From Thecamonas trahens ATCC 50062 (taxonomy: Eukaryota; Protista; Apusomonadida): 64,000 bases of DNA. The notes under the pieces were generated by a model, which saw only the letters and a program-made list of their open reading frames with translations, was not told the DNA's origin and searched no databases. Position 1 is the stretch's first letter. Every line of letters starts with the position of its first letter. Both the position numbers and the translations under genes were made by a program. This document shows positions 21,179-32,355 of the stretch, piece by piece. The stretch spans positions 186,001-250,000 of the forward strand of contig NW_013657669.1 of assembly GCF_000142905.1 (NCBI RefSeq), in the 5' to 3' direction.

Positions 21179-23720
21179 ATGGCCAAGAAGTCGTCCAAGG
21201 GCTCGAGGGGCTCCAAGGGCTCCAGGGACTCCAAAGGCTCCAAGGGCTCCAAGGGCAAGGGTAGCTCGTCCAAGGGCGGAAAGGGCTCCGGCGGCCGCCG
21301 CAGCTCCAAGAAGAACTCGTCCGGCAAGGGTACGTCGGACTTCGTTCCTTCAGCGTGGGCTGCCTGCGGCACTAGCCCCTCCCCCCCCTCCCTCATTGCC
21401 ACAGTCCCTACCCACGGTAGCACACCTTTTGTCACCCCCCACCTACCCACACTATCTCTACTACACCGTCACCACGCCCCTATTCCTTTTCTCTTTTCTC
21501 CCATCCCTTTCCCTGCTTGCTTCAGCCTCTCGCCCGCCCCATCCCCCCCCCCCCCCCCCCCCGCCCTCTCCCCGCCCCCGCCGGTGGCGTTGTTCGTCGC
21601 AGAGCGTTTTTTTGCCCGCAATGGGCCAAAACGCCTTTCCCACCGTTCCGCCCCCCTCCTGGTGGTTCAACCACCAGCCAGCCAGCTAGCCAGCCAGCCA
21701 GCTAGCCAATCAGCTACGCCAACTCCACCGCCCTCCCCCCCCCCTCCCCTCAACTCACCATCTTCCGTTGCATGCAGTGTACGGTGGTCCCAAGTACACG
21801 CCACGGCACACGGATTGCTTCTTCCTCCTCCTGTTCATTTGCTTCCTCGTGGGAATGGTGGTGGTGTCGATTGTTGCTGTGCGCAAGGGTGACATCAACC
21901 GGCTCATTCGCGGGCGTGACATGTACGGCAACCTGTGCGGCGTGAAGAACAACGGCGACGGGCGCAACACGCTCGACCACACCTCGCGTGGGGTGCTCAT
22001 CTTCCCCAACCCGGTGCGGCTGTCGGTCTCGTACTGCGCGGAGCGGTGCCCGTGCACCAAGGACTCGCCGTGCCCGAACGTCGACTTTTCGAACCCGGAC
22101 TACTCGCGGCTGCTCTGCCCGTACCAGCGTGACGGGTCGCCGGTGTATGCCGGCGGACCGTCGAACCCGAGTCACATTGTGACGTTCAACACGGACGGCA
22201 AGTGCTACTGGTGGTTCAACACGCGTGAGATCATCAACCGGTGCATCCCGACCGGCTCGGAGTTCTTTGTCTCGCCCAACTCGAACTCGACGACGTCTGC
22301 CGACTCGTCGAACATTGACAACCTGCGCGACCAGACGACCAAGATTCTCGGTGACGTGAACCAGACCAAGTACTGGCTGTTCCTGCTTGCGGGCGTGGCG
22401 CTTGTGCTCGGCTTTGTGTGGCTCATCATGCTCACCCACTTTGCCGGCTTCTTTGTGTGGACGACGATTGTGCTCATCTTCCTCGCCTCGCTCGGCGTCA
22501 CCATTTTCCTCGGCCTCGAGTACAAGGAGGACCGCGACGAGCAGCAGAAGCTCGAGGCGCAGGGCCGCGGGCAGGACGTGACCAACTCGGAGAAGGCGCA
22601 GAAGACGACGCTGATGGTGCTTGCGGTCATTGCCGGCATCATCACCATGGTCATCCTCGTCCTCATCTGCTTCTTCTTTAACCGCATCAAGGTCGCTGTC
22701 CGCCTCATCAAGGAGGCTGCCAAGGCTGTGGGCGAGATGAAGCTTATCATCCTCTTCCCGCTCGTCACGCTCTTCTTCCTCATTGCCGTCCTCATCTACG
22801 GCATCGCCTTCTGGCTCATCCTCGGCACCGTCGCCGACGACGTCAACGACTCGGACGGCAACTGGAAGGGCACCAAGTCGGACCGCACACTCCAGGGCAT
22901 GCAGGTCTACTTTGTCTTTGGCATTTTCTGGCTCGTCGCCTTTGTCCTCGCCGCCACCGAGATGACCTTTGCCCGCACCTTTGTCCGCTGGTACTATGCG
23001 CCCAAGGGCAAGAAGGCCGGCTCGGGTGGCAAGGCCCAGGGCGTCGGTTCGTGCACCGTCTGGCGCTCGTGGGGCACCGTCATGTGGTACCACCTGGGCA
23101 CTGTCGCCTTTGGCTCGTTCATCATTGCTGTCGTCATGATGATCCGCGCCGTCATCTGGTTCATCCAGCGCAACCTCGAAAAGTACAAGGGCAACGACTT
23201 TGTCGACAAGCTGCTCAAGTGCCTCGGCTGCTGCTTTGCCTACGTCCAGCGCTTCCTCGAGTTCATCAACCGCAACGCGTACATTGTGACCGCCATGATC
23301 GGCATCGGCTTCTGCGGCGCCTGCAAGCGCGCCTACCACCTCCTCACCTCGAATGCCGTCCTCCTCATCGCCGTCTCGGGCGTCGCCGAGTTCCTTCTCT
23401 TCCTCGGCAAGCTCTTCATCACCGTCTCGGTCGTCATCGTCGCCGTTCTCATTTTCCGCTCTGACGACGAGCTCAACTACTGGGCCATCCCGGTCATCCT
23501 CGCCGCCCTCATCGCTTACGCCGTCGCCACTGCCTTCCTCTCGCTCTTCTCCATCGCCATCTCGACCATCTTCCTCTGCTTCTGCAACGACATCGAGTAC
23601 GCCACCATCAACGGCAAGGGCGAGGACGAGGTCTGGCCCCATGTCTCGCCTTCGCTCGACAAGTTCATCTCCGAGTTCAAGGGAGCCTCGCCCGAGGCTA
23701 AGATGGTCGACGCCAAGTAA
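21179..23720 (+). CDS. Choline transporter-like protein (CTL/SLC44); 2 exons
   Basis: Exon 1 is 21179-21329 (SKG repeats); intron 21330-21777. Motifs RHTDCFF, DMYGNLCG, YHLGTVAFGSFII, FINRNAYI and TIFLCFCND; about 10 TM. Confidence 0.92.
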
Positions 23721-24341
23721 GTGTTGACCGTCGCTGGCGGTGACCGCTGTAAATCGAGCCTCAGCCCCCCCCGTCCCCGCCCCCCGTCCGGCCTCCCCCG
23801 CTATCTGCCACTCGTGTCTGCCAACGGTGCTAATTGGCATGTGATACAGTGAGCGTTCCTGTCCTTACAAGTATACACCCGCACGTCAGCTCGGGTGTAT
23901 GGTTAAAATAGAACCTTCCACACTATCTGCGCTCTCTATCTGCTCAAAACACCCGGCTCATCCACAACTTCTACCACCGCCATCCTCTTCCCTGCGTGGT
24001 GATGTCGCAGCTCCACGGCGACTCGCGGTGTCACCGAGGCAAATCAATGCCACGCCGCAACCGTGTTCAAATTGACACAAACTTAACATTGTCCGCTGAA
24101 GCTGTTATCAAACTCTGTTCACCCGCACCACCGACGCAAACTTTACCCCATACCTTCCATACCCCTCTTCCTCTGTCCCCTTTCGACGCGTGGGCCTCTG
24201 CCCCCTCCCCATCCTCCCCCTTCTCCCTGCGTTGCCTTTCTTCTCCTCGTTTGTATTTACAGCTCCCCGTCCTCCCGAGTGCCTTGCGCAAAGACATTCC
24301 TCGGTATCCTGACCTGACCTGACGGTCTTATTGTCTTAATT

Positions 24342-27300
24342 ATGGACTCGTCGAGGCCACCACCTGCACAGGCCATGGCCAACCCCAGCTGCTCCGACGA
24401 ACCTCTGTTCGTTGATGTTGAGCAGGATGCTGCCTCTGGTGCATACACAGAGTTTGCAGACACTCCGGCGCCAGACGCGCCTGTCACCCCTGCCGCAGAC
24501 AGGTTCGTCCTGAACCGTTCGGCTGAGACATCGTGCGTTGCTGGCAGTACGTCGTCCAACTCGATGGGCCTCTCTGTCTCGGTCGACCTGGACGGCCTGG
24601 CCAACCTTGGCGCCTCAGATTATCACAAGGCGCTCTCGGACAATGACGCTTCGGCAACGTCGACGTCCTCAGACTCGTCGCTATCGTTGAGCGCAGAGTC
24701 GTCGTCATCATCCTCATCACATCTCGACCCCGCCTCCCGGCAAGCTTCTGGCTGCAGCACCGACAGCGTCACTTGTGGCGATGCCGACTCTGTTGACTAT
24801 GAATACGAATCGGTGCCACAGCTGATGGTCTCGGCCTCGTTGATTAGCAGTGTTGCATCTGGCGTGGCGTCCAAGCCATCGAGCTCGGTATCCAGGTCGG
24901 GGACCGAGTCGCAAGACTCGGACGATGACGACGCGTCGATCTCGATCTCCTTCTCGCAACGCCTGACTGAGATCGATGACGTGTCTGCGGAGAACTCGCT
25001 CAAGGCTGTCACAGCACCGGTCGCGCCCGACCTCTCGATCGCTTCGACCGACTCGTCGATCACCCACGCACTCAACATTGGCATTTCGGTCTCGGGCCGG
25101 GTGCCTACCTCGTCATACCAGTCGCGCGCACAGTCAATGTTGGGCGCATCAGCGTGGTCCAACATCTCGTCGACGGCCATCTCGCCGTCAACCAAGTCGA
25201 CAACATCCTCGTTTGCCGAGACTATTCGCTCCGCCGGCGGCAAGACGCCGCTCGAGGCAGTCGCTTGGGCAGACCTCACCATCTCTTACCAGCTCGGCTC
25301 AGGCGGCTTTGGCGAGGTATGGGGCGGGACTTGGGGCGCCACTTCGGTCGCCATCAAGCGGCTGACGCTGAAGGGCGATGGTATCCTCTCCCAGCTCAAC
25401 GACCTTGTTGCTGAAGCCTCCGTCCTTGCCTCACTCTCACATCCCAACATTGTGCAAATGCTGGCCATCTGCACAGACACCGCAAATCCGGCCATTGTCA
25501 CCGAGCTCATGGAGTCGGGAGATCTTTTTGAAGCTCTCTTTCCGCTCAAGAAGGCTGATCTTCGCAAAGCGCGCAAGGAGGCTAGGGGGAAGAACCCGAC
25601 GTCTTCGTCAAGCTCTTCGTCGTCAAATACTCCCTCCTCAGGTGCGCCTTCGGCAAGTACCCACTCGTCAACCAAGTCGTCCTCGTGTGGCACCTCACAG
25701 TCGTCTGGCACGAACAACTCGTCGCACGGCTCATCGTCGAACAACTCGTGGTCAAACTCGGAGGGATCGACCGGTATCGTCCCGGGTCACCTCTCTGACC
25801 GTTCCAAGCTCCACATTCTCCATGGCGTCTGCTGTGGCATGGAGTACCTGCATCGCTGCGGCATCCTGCATTGTGATCTCAAGCCGCGCAACATCCTGCT
25901 CTCGCGGGCGGGATCGGTGGTCAAGGTTGCCGACTTTGGCCTCGCTCTCACGCTTGCTTCCGGCTCGGTCCGCGGCTTTGCGGGCACACCGCGGTACTCG
26001 GCGCCCGAAGTCATCATGGGCGACGCCCCGTGCCAAGCTTCGGACGTCTTCTCCTTTGGCATCCTCCTCTACGAGACCGTCACCCAGCTGCGAGCTTTCC
26101 CCAAGATCTCGCGCATCAAGAACTGCTACGCGTCGCTCCTGCCCCCAGCCGTCCTCGCTGCTGCCGAGGCTGACGAGATTGATGACTCGTTGCCCGAAGT
26201 CTACGACTCGCGCCTCTTTCGACTCACGCTCCCGATCATCATCAAGTGCATCCAACACCAACCGGACTCACGCCCGTCGTTTGCTGAGCTCGCCAGCTCG
26301 TTTGACTCGCTCATCACCCATCTTGCCACCACTGGCGAGGTCTTTCCATCGGTCCCTCCGCTGCTTCCCAACGCTGATGTTGTGGAGCGGCCACGGCTTG
26401 TTCGCTCGGTCGTCCGCAGCCTGACAGCAAGGGGTTCAGCTCCGTCTTCGGCATGCGATTCGCCCAACATCATGAGCAAGGCTCCATCCAAGACCACGAA
26501 GAAGAAGCGCCTCTTAAGGAACTCCGCGGACCGCGATGTCGTCGTGGCCACCAACAAGTCTACCAGCAGAGACCGCTTGCTAGTCTCGTCTGACTCTTCG
26601 CACGCACGCTACTCCTCCCACGGTGTCGTCGCTATCGGCGGCCCGGGCTCGGGCAAGACCTGGCTTGCCTCCACCATTGCCCATGAGCCGGAGGTTGGCG
26701 CAAAGTTTCGCGATGGCATTCACTGGCTCAGCCTCTCTTCGCTCTCGTCACTCAGTGATCTCGTCAACTCGCTCGCGCTTGAGCTTAACATCAAGCTGCG
26801 AGCCGAGCAGCTTCAGTCGCTGCGTGCCGCACGTGACGCCATCTCGTCCCGGCTTGCCGACAAAGCCCTTCTCCTTGTTCTCGACGGTCTGGTCTCAGCA
26901 TCGCAACTTGCTCTCTGCCATGTCCTTGTCGACGCGCCGGACTCGAGGTACCTCGCTACCACCACACCCGACGTGGTCGACAAGCTGGTCGGTTCGAGCC
27001 TGCCAGAACTCACATCGATTGTCATTCCGGAGCTCGGGACCAGCGAGGCTCGTGCGCTGTTTGCCATTCACTCGGGCCTCTCCGCCTCCACGCTTCCCGA
27101 CGTTACCACCACCATCATGACCAAGGTCGCACTCAACGCCGACGCGCTTTGCCGAATCGGCGACGTCGTGGCCCGACAGTGTGATGCAGTCTGGACTTTT
27201 GCCTCGGACTTTGTCACTGAGGCTGTGCGCGAGGGCATGACGCCACAGCGTGCTGCTGTCGCACTCGCAGTCCGCTCGCTCCACGCCATCCGCTACCGCT

Positions 27301-30300
27301 TCCGAGAACTTGCTGTCTTCCCCGCCGGTAAGCTCTTGCCCGTTGCGCCGCTAGTTGTCCTGTGGCGTTCGGCCGATGAGCCGCTCTACCCTGTCGACGT
27401 CGAGCTCATTCTCCGCATGCTCGCCGACAAGGGTATTTTCCACCTGGCGTACCCTTCGGCCATAGACCCGAACACCGTGGCGTGGATGCTCACGCCACCG
27501 GCAGCTGACCTCCTGGCCTGGCGCGAGGCGACGTCGCAGCAGGCCGAGGTCGCCGGCCACACTCGGATCCTGCGCGCGTACACGGCGACGCTGGCTGACC
27601 CGTTCTCGGCCAACGTCCTCTCGTTTGCCGAGTGGCGGACCGGGCCTGTCGCCACCGACGCGTACTACCGACAGAACCTGGTGCGGCACCTGCTTGCCGC
27701 GGGCCAGATCACCGCCGCTGTCAACCTCGTTGTCTCGTACTACTGGTACCGCGACGTGACCCGTGCCGAGCGCGACGACGACCCTTGGTTCTGTGCAGGC
27801 TCGGATCCCATCGCGCAGTACCTTGACGACCTCTCGCAGGTTATCAAGGCGTTGAGTGACCCAGCCATTGCCGCCATCCACATGTCGAGCTCCTCTGGCT
27901 CAGAATCTGGTACTCCCGTAGATGCCTCGCTCCTTCCGTGGCTCGCCGAGGCCGATCGTGGTGCGGCGACCCAAGAGCTGAGCAAACGGCTGGCTGCGAC
28001 AAGCGACCTTGCTGACCTTACCAAGCTCCGTGAGCTGCTCAACCTTTCGCGCGGCTCGCTCAAGTCGCTCCCGAGTATGGTTTACTTTCAGCTGCTTGGC
28101 CGCATGTGGCCGGTTCCTTCGCCCGACGACGTCTCGCCAGTTGTCATGAAGTTTATCAATGACGCACTTGAGCACAAGTCCCGCGCCGAGATGATGTACG
28201 TTCCGCGCTCGGGCTTGCTTGTCGCCCACGGCGGCGGCCTCCGGGCTGCAATCCGCAGCCATCCGCACCGCATTGTGGCCATGGTTGCGGTGGGCAACTC
28301 GTACGCCGTCTCGCTCTGCGAGTCGTGCATGTGCGTGTGGGACGTGGTCGCCGGCACATGGGCCGAGCATGCCGTCGATCGGTTTGTCCCGACCTCGTTC
28401 CTCGACGACAACGGATGCGGCTCGTCTGCCAGCTCACCGCTTGTCTCGCCCTTTCCATCATCGACAAGCAACCCGTTTGCTCCTATCGACTCGGACGGCT
28501 CGTCGCACTCTCACGAGACTGACAATGGGGGCGGACTGAAGTCTGCAGCGTCGGCAGCGACCTCTTGGTCCACGCGAGTTCTCATCGCTTCGGCCGGCGA
28601 GTACTTTGCGGTGGTCACCCCGTTAGCCGCCCGCATTTACACCCTTTGCCAAACGCCGTCGGTCGACGAACCGTTTGACGACCACGCTTCTTTTATGCGT
28701 GCAGAGCAGACCGAGGCCGTCGGCGCCGCGATCATTATGATCGGCAGCGTCCCGCATCTGGTCGTCCTCACCAACGAGCCGGCACCGGCTGTCGTGCCGC
28801 AATCGCTTGTCGACGGCGCCGACGTCGGCGCCAGCCCTGTCTTACTGGACAACGCCATCGAGTACGACAGGCTGGTCACGGCGGCAGCCGCGCCGCTCGC
28901 CGCCATTTCGACGAGCACGGGCGTGATCACCGTGGTCGACTTTTCGTCCAACTTGATCCTCTTCCACGCCGCGGTTCCGCTCTCCGACGAGGACAATGGC
29001 CGCCAAACCGCGGTCACTGCGGTGGCTGTCTCACACCTCGTGCTGGTGGTCGCCACCGACTTTGGCATCTACATTTGGTCGGAGTCGGAGCTCCATCGGG
29101 CACACGGCGCGTCGATGCTTGCCAAGCACGCGACAAGCGTCGAGGTGGACCGACAAGGGACGGCGCGACTCGACGCGTGCGCACCGACGGCCTCTGTACC
29201 TATCACTGACGTATCATCGCTCTATGCTATTCCCGAGTCGATGAATGTGGTGGTCGGGCGGGCAAACGGCGAGCTGGTGGTGGTTTCGGCGATTTCGGGC
29301 CGTATGCTCGGTGCGCTCGATCTCCACTCACCGTCCTCGGTGACGAGCATGACCGCGGTCACGTACCAGAACGCCGAACTACTGGTGAGTGGTGACGCCG
29401 ACGGGCTCGTGTGTGTGTGGAACGTCGCCAACGTCCTCACCCAGCTCGGGGCATCGGGACGGGCAGCGTCGGCCTCGTCGCGCGGCCTCGCACACCGATC
29501 AGAGATTACGGCCCTGACTGCCCACGGCGAGATGAATCTGGTCATTACCGGCTCGGGCGATCGTACCATCAACGTGTGTGACACCCAGTCGGGAGCAGTG
29601 CTTGATATCCTGCTCGGCCACGACGCAGCGGTTGTGGCGCTGATGTGGAGTAAGGAGAAGGTGGCCGATGGCGCCATGCTAATGAGCGTCGATCGGGGCG
29701 GCAGCGTGTGCAGCTGGCACGTCTCTCGCAGTGGTTCGCAGCGCCTCTCGCGCGGCAAGGTCCCGTTTGCGGCCGAGATCTCGACTGCTGCGCTAAGCAA
29801 CCGCGGCATCATGTACCTTGGCTATGAGTCGCCCGATGCAGTCGTCGGGTACTCGGTCCAACCTGGCGCCACTCGTTCCAACCTCAGCATCAAGGCCGTC
29901 TCGCACTTGCGCGACGTGTCAGGCGCCGTCTTGGTATGCAAGCACGGGTACGTGGCTGCGCGCGGAACAGCACCGTACAACGCTACGGTCTCGATGTTCT
30001 CGGCCAAGCGTCATGTGCTTGTCTCGGAGCTCAGCGACGTCCACTTTGGCATGGTGACCTCGATCGACATCTTCCAAGTGGTGAAGCGGGTGCTTGTCGC
30101 CACAGGTGGTGCTGATCAGTCGGTGGCTGTGTGGGACGCCGTGACGGGCACCTCGCTTGTCCGAGTCGCGATCAAGCTTGGCAGCATAACCTCGCTTCGC
30201 CTGTTTGCTCTCGAACACTCCAGCTCGCTGCAGTTGGTGCTCAATTCCAGCGGCCGTCGGCCGTCGGTGGTTGTACTCGCACTACGGTCGGCGACGCCAT

Positions 30301-31490
30301 CGGCCGCCAAGGGCAAGGACAAGGGCAAGGGCAAGGGCAAGATCAAAGGCAAGGGCAAGGGCAAGGGCAAGGGCAAGGTCAATGGTGACACGCTGGAAGA
30401 CATAGCTGAGGCGACGTCTCTCCGACTCTACGCCAAGCGCATGCACCGGCTTGACGAGCCGGCTGACCGCCTGTATGTCGCCACGGAAGGGACCAGTATC
30501 GTGTTTACCATTTCCAACAAGACCTCCTACCACCGGATGGTCTCGCTGGCGTCGATCCGAGCCAAGACAGCAGCATTCAACGCCGAACACAGCGATAGCG
30601 ACGGCCTTTCCATCCTGGAGTGGTTCTGGAACGACGTACGGAAAACCGACTCGGCGCGGTTGTCGGTGGCAGCGGCCAAGGTCGATGCTACGCAGCTGCT
30701 CGCCGAGTCGCGGGCGTTCCGGATCGTGGAGCATGCCGAGCTTGGGTTGTACCTCTCTCGTGAGCCTGTGGCGCTGAGAATTCTGGCTGCAAACGCGGTC
30801 TCGCTGGTGGTGGTTTCGGGAGTTGTATTTGTATGGGTTGGCCCAGAGGTGTCGCGGACGCTGTATGCGCAGGCAGCAGCCCTGGCGCGCGAGCTTTGCC
30901 TCGACGAGGACTTTAGCGGAGTGCGGTCGCGGCCGTACTTCCTCGCACCGCCGCAGCTCAAGTTTGTAACGTCGGACGCGGTCGAGCCGTTCTGCACCCA
31001 GCCACCGTACGATCGGCTGTGGCAAATCCTGGCGGCGGCGGACGCATCTGACGACTGGCGCTCAAGCCTGGCAACTCACATCGCCGACGTGCTTGCGCCT
31101 GTCGACGCTGACGCGCTCGCACGCGACATGCGCGGCGTGCTGAGCATCAAGGAGCTAGTCTTGTTTGGCAACAACGGCGATCTCGTGCTGGAGGACGTCT
31201 CGCAAGGCAAGTTCCACCTGAGCATGCTGGCGTCGGACAAGGCGTATATGGTCTCGACGGCGACGGCACTTTGGCTCTGGTTGGGCGACGCAGCGCCGAC
31301 TGAAATCCGCGCCCGGGTTGTGGTTGTCTCGCGCCGAATTGCTGACGCTATGGAGCACTCGGTCGACGCCGCCCAGGAGGCGGGCTCGCTCCTGGAGAGC
31401 TTTGGCTGCAACAGGCGTCTGGCATGGCGCGACGTGCGGTTTGCCTTTGAGGGACGCGAGCCGCTTATGATGCGGCTGGCGCTGACGTAA
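24342..31490 (+). CDS. TKL kinase - NB-ARC (Apaf-1-like STAND) - WD40 - gelsolin-like multidomain protein, 2382 aa
   Basis: Kinase: GSGGFG, VAIK, HCDLKPRN, DFG, GTPRYSAPE. NB-ARC: GGPGSGKT...FRDGIHWLSL and LLLVLDGL. Helical domain: DAYYRQNLVRHLLAAG. WD40: TGSGDRTINV, LGHDAAV, TGGADQSVAVWD. Gelsolin-like: VFVWVG and LASDKAYMV...LWLWLG...EGRE. Confidence 0.8.
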   Translation: MDSSRPPPAQAMANPSCSDEPLFVDVEQDAASGAYTEFADTPAPDAPVTPAADRFVLNRSAETSCVAGSTSSNSMGLSVSVDLDGLANLGASDYHKALSDNDASATSTSSDSSLSLSAESSSSSSSHLDPASRQASGCSTDSVTCGDADSVDYEYESVPQLMVSASLISSVASGVASKPSSSVSRSGTESQDSDDDDASISISFSQRLTEIDDVSAENSLKAVTAPVAPDLSIASTDSSITHALNIGISVSGRVPTSSYQSRAQSMLGASAWSNISSTAISPSTKSTTSSFAETIRSAGGKTPLEAVAWADLTISYQLGSGGFGEVWGGTWGATSVAIKRLTLKGDGILSQLNDLVAEASVLASLSHPNIVQMLAICTDTANPAIVTELMESGDLFEALFPLKKADLRKARKEARGKNPTSSSSSSSSNTPSSGAPSASTHSSTKSSSCGTSQSSGTNNSSHGSSSNNSWSNSEGSTGIVPGHLSDRSKLHILHGVCCGMEYLHRCGILHCDLKPRNILLSRAGSVVKVADFGLALTLASGSVRGFAGTPRYSAPEVIMGDAPCQASDVFSFGILLYETVTQLRAFPKISRIKNCYASLLPPAVLAAAEADEIDDSLPEVYDSRLFRLTLPIIIKCIQHQPDSRPSFAELASSFDSLITHLATTGEVFPSVPPLLPNADVVERPRLVRSVVRSLTARGSAPSSACDSPNIMSKAPSKTTKKKRLLRNSADRDVVVATNKSTSRDRLLVSSDSSHARYSSHGVVAIGGPGSGKTWLASTIAHEPEVGAKFRDGIHWLSLSSLSSLSDLVNSLALELNIKLRAEQLQSLRAARDAISSRLADKALLLVLDGLVSASQLALCHVLVDAPDSRYLATTTPDVVDKLVGSSLPELTSIVIPELGTSEARALFAIHSGLSASTLPDVTTTIMTKVALNADALCRIGDVVARQCDAVWTFASDFVTEAVREGMTPQRAAVALAVRSLHAIRYRFRELAVFPAGKLLPVAPLVVLWRSADEPLYPVDVELILRMLADKGIFHLAYPSAIDPNTVAWMLTPPAADLLAWREATSQQAEVAGHTRILRAYTATLADPFSANVLSFAEWRTGPVATDAYYRQNLVRHLLAAGQITAAVNLVVSYYWYRDVTRAERDDDPWFCAGSDPIAQYLDDLSQVIKALSDPAIAAIHMSSSSGSESGTPVDASLLPWLAEADRGAATQELSKRLAATSDLADLTKLRELLNLSRGSLKSLPSMVYFQLLGRMWPVPSPDDVSPVVMKFINDALEHKSRAEMMYVPRSGLLVAHGGGLRAAIRSHPHRIVAMVAVGNSYAVSLCESCMCVWDVVAGTWAEHAVDRFVPTSFLDDNGCGSSASSPLVSPFPSSTSNPFAPIDSDGSSHSHETDNGGGLKSAASAATSWSTRVLIASAGEYFAVVTPLAARIYTLCQTPSVDEPFDDHASFMRAEQTEAVGAAIIMIGSVPHLVVLTNEPAPAVVPQSLVDGADVGASPVLLDNAIEYDRLVTAAAAPLAAISTSTGVITVVDFSSNLILFHAAVPLSDEDNGRQTAVTAVAVSHLVLVVATDFGIYIWSESELHRAHGASMLAKHATSVEVDRQGTARLDACAPTASVPITDVSSLYAIPESMNVVVGRANGELVVVSAISGRMLGALDLHSPSSVTSMTAVTYQNAELLVSGDADGLVCVWNVANVLTQLGASGRAASASSRGLAHRSEITALTAHGEMNLVITGSGDRTINVCDTQSGAVLDILLGHDAAVVALMWSKEKVADGAMLMSVDRGGSVCSWHVSRSGSQRLSRGKVPFAAEISTAALSNRGIMYLGYESPDAVVGYSVQPGATRSNLSIKAVSHLRDVSGAVLVCKHGYVAARGTAPYNATVSMFSAKRHVLVSELSDVHFGMVTSIDIFQVVKRVLVATGGADQSVAVWDAVTGTSLVRVAIKLGSITSLRLFALEHSSSLQLVLNSSGRRPSVVVLALRSATPSAAKGKDKGKGKGKIKGKGKGKGKGKVNGDTLEDIAEATSLRLYAKRMHRLDEPADRLYVATEGTSIVFTISNKTSYHRMVSLASIRAKTAAFNAEHSDSDGLSILEWFWNDVRKTDSARLSVAAAKVDATQLLAESRAFRIVEHAELGLYLSREPVALRILAANAVSLVVVSGVVFVWVGPEVSRTLYAQAAALARELCLDEDFSGVRSRPYFLAPPQLKFVTSDAVEPFCTQPPYDRLWQILAAADASDDWRSSLATHIADVLAPVDADALARDMRGVLSIKELVLFGNNGDLVLEDVSQGKFHLSMLASDKAYMVSTATALWLWLGDAAPTEIRARVVVVSRRIADAMEHSVDAAQEAGSLLESFGCNRRLAWRDVRFAFEGREPLMMRLALT

Positions 31491-31507
31491 ACTATTCCGG
31501 AACCTAA

Positions 31508-32355
31508 CCCTTAACGGCACGGTCGTTCGGACGCGTTGTCGCGCGTCTCAAAGTGAACAACTCGATGATGCTTTGATGTCCCGGTCACCGGCCAAAGCTG
31601 CGCGACGCCTGCTTGGCCTGCGGCCGACACGTAGATACCCGCCCGACGATCGGGAAGTCGAGCATGACAGAGTTGAACAAAGCGGCCGGACGGGAGAGCG
31701 GGAGGACGTCTTGCGACGGACGAGCTTACCTGTCGGCGTAGCCGCGCAAGTGGTGACACGCCATCTTGAACTGGAATCTGGACACCGCGCCCATCAACGC
31801 GTACGCGCTCTGCGCTGACGCGAGCCCACGCCCCGCCATGGCTCGTGTGGCTTTTCTCCATGACATCATCGACGCTCTCGCCGCCAGCGCAGACGCCGTC
31901 AGCTCCGCGCCGTCGCGCAAGCGGAAGCGCACCTCTGCAGCGGCTGCTCGTCATCACCATTTTTTCCAGCAAACCGCTCTGCGACGCGACTGCCTTGACT
32001 GCCGGAAGCTTCATGGTAAGCGATCGCGACCGCGGACCTTTTGCGCTGCGTGCGGCGTCCATCACTGCATCTCCGACTGTTTTCTGCTGTGGCAGCGAGT
32101 TACACATTGTACTACTCTGTTACAACAATCCATGGACGTTACGACGTCTGTGGAGCGTCGCGGAGCGCGGCTTGCGCGATGGACAGGGCTAAGTAAGACG
32201 TGCAAGCGAGTAACGCTACACTCTCGGTCGCCGATCAAGCAGTCGCTCTGCTGGCTCGACGGCTTGAGATTTCCTCGCATTTCCTGCTCTGGCCCTTGGT
32301 ACTAGCACATGGCGCCAATCGGCACGGCGATCCGCGTGTACATGGCTGCTGAGGG
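31508..32355 (+). mobile_element. Decayed, internally deleted piggyBac-like DNA transposon
   Basis: Transposase C-terminus PRKW*HAILNWNLDTAPINAYAL followed by the Cys-rich finger RRDCLDC...RTFCAACGVHHCISDCF, with in-frame stops upstream. Degenerate ends CTAA|CCCTTAACGGC ... GCTGCTGAGGG|TTAT. Confidence 0.75.

Noticed and set aside
24304-24325. GTATCCT as a possible U12-type donor
   Set aside because: It lacks the RTATCCTTT extension, has no matching U12 branch site, and lies upstream of the ORF.
31501-31514. CCTAACCCTTAA as a telomeric seed
   Set aside because: Fewer than two clean units; better explained as a piggyBac terminus.
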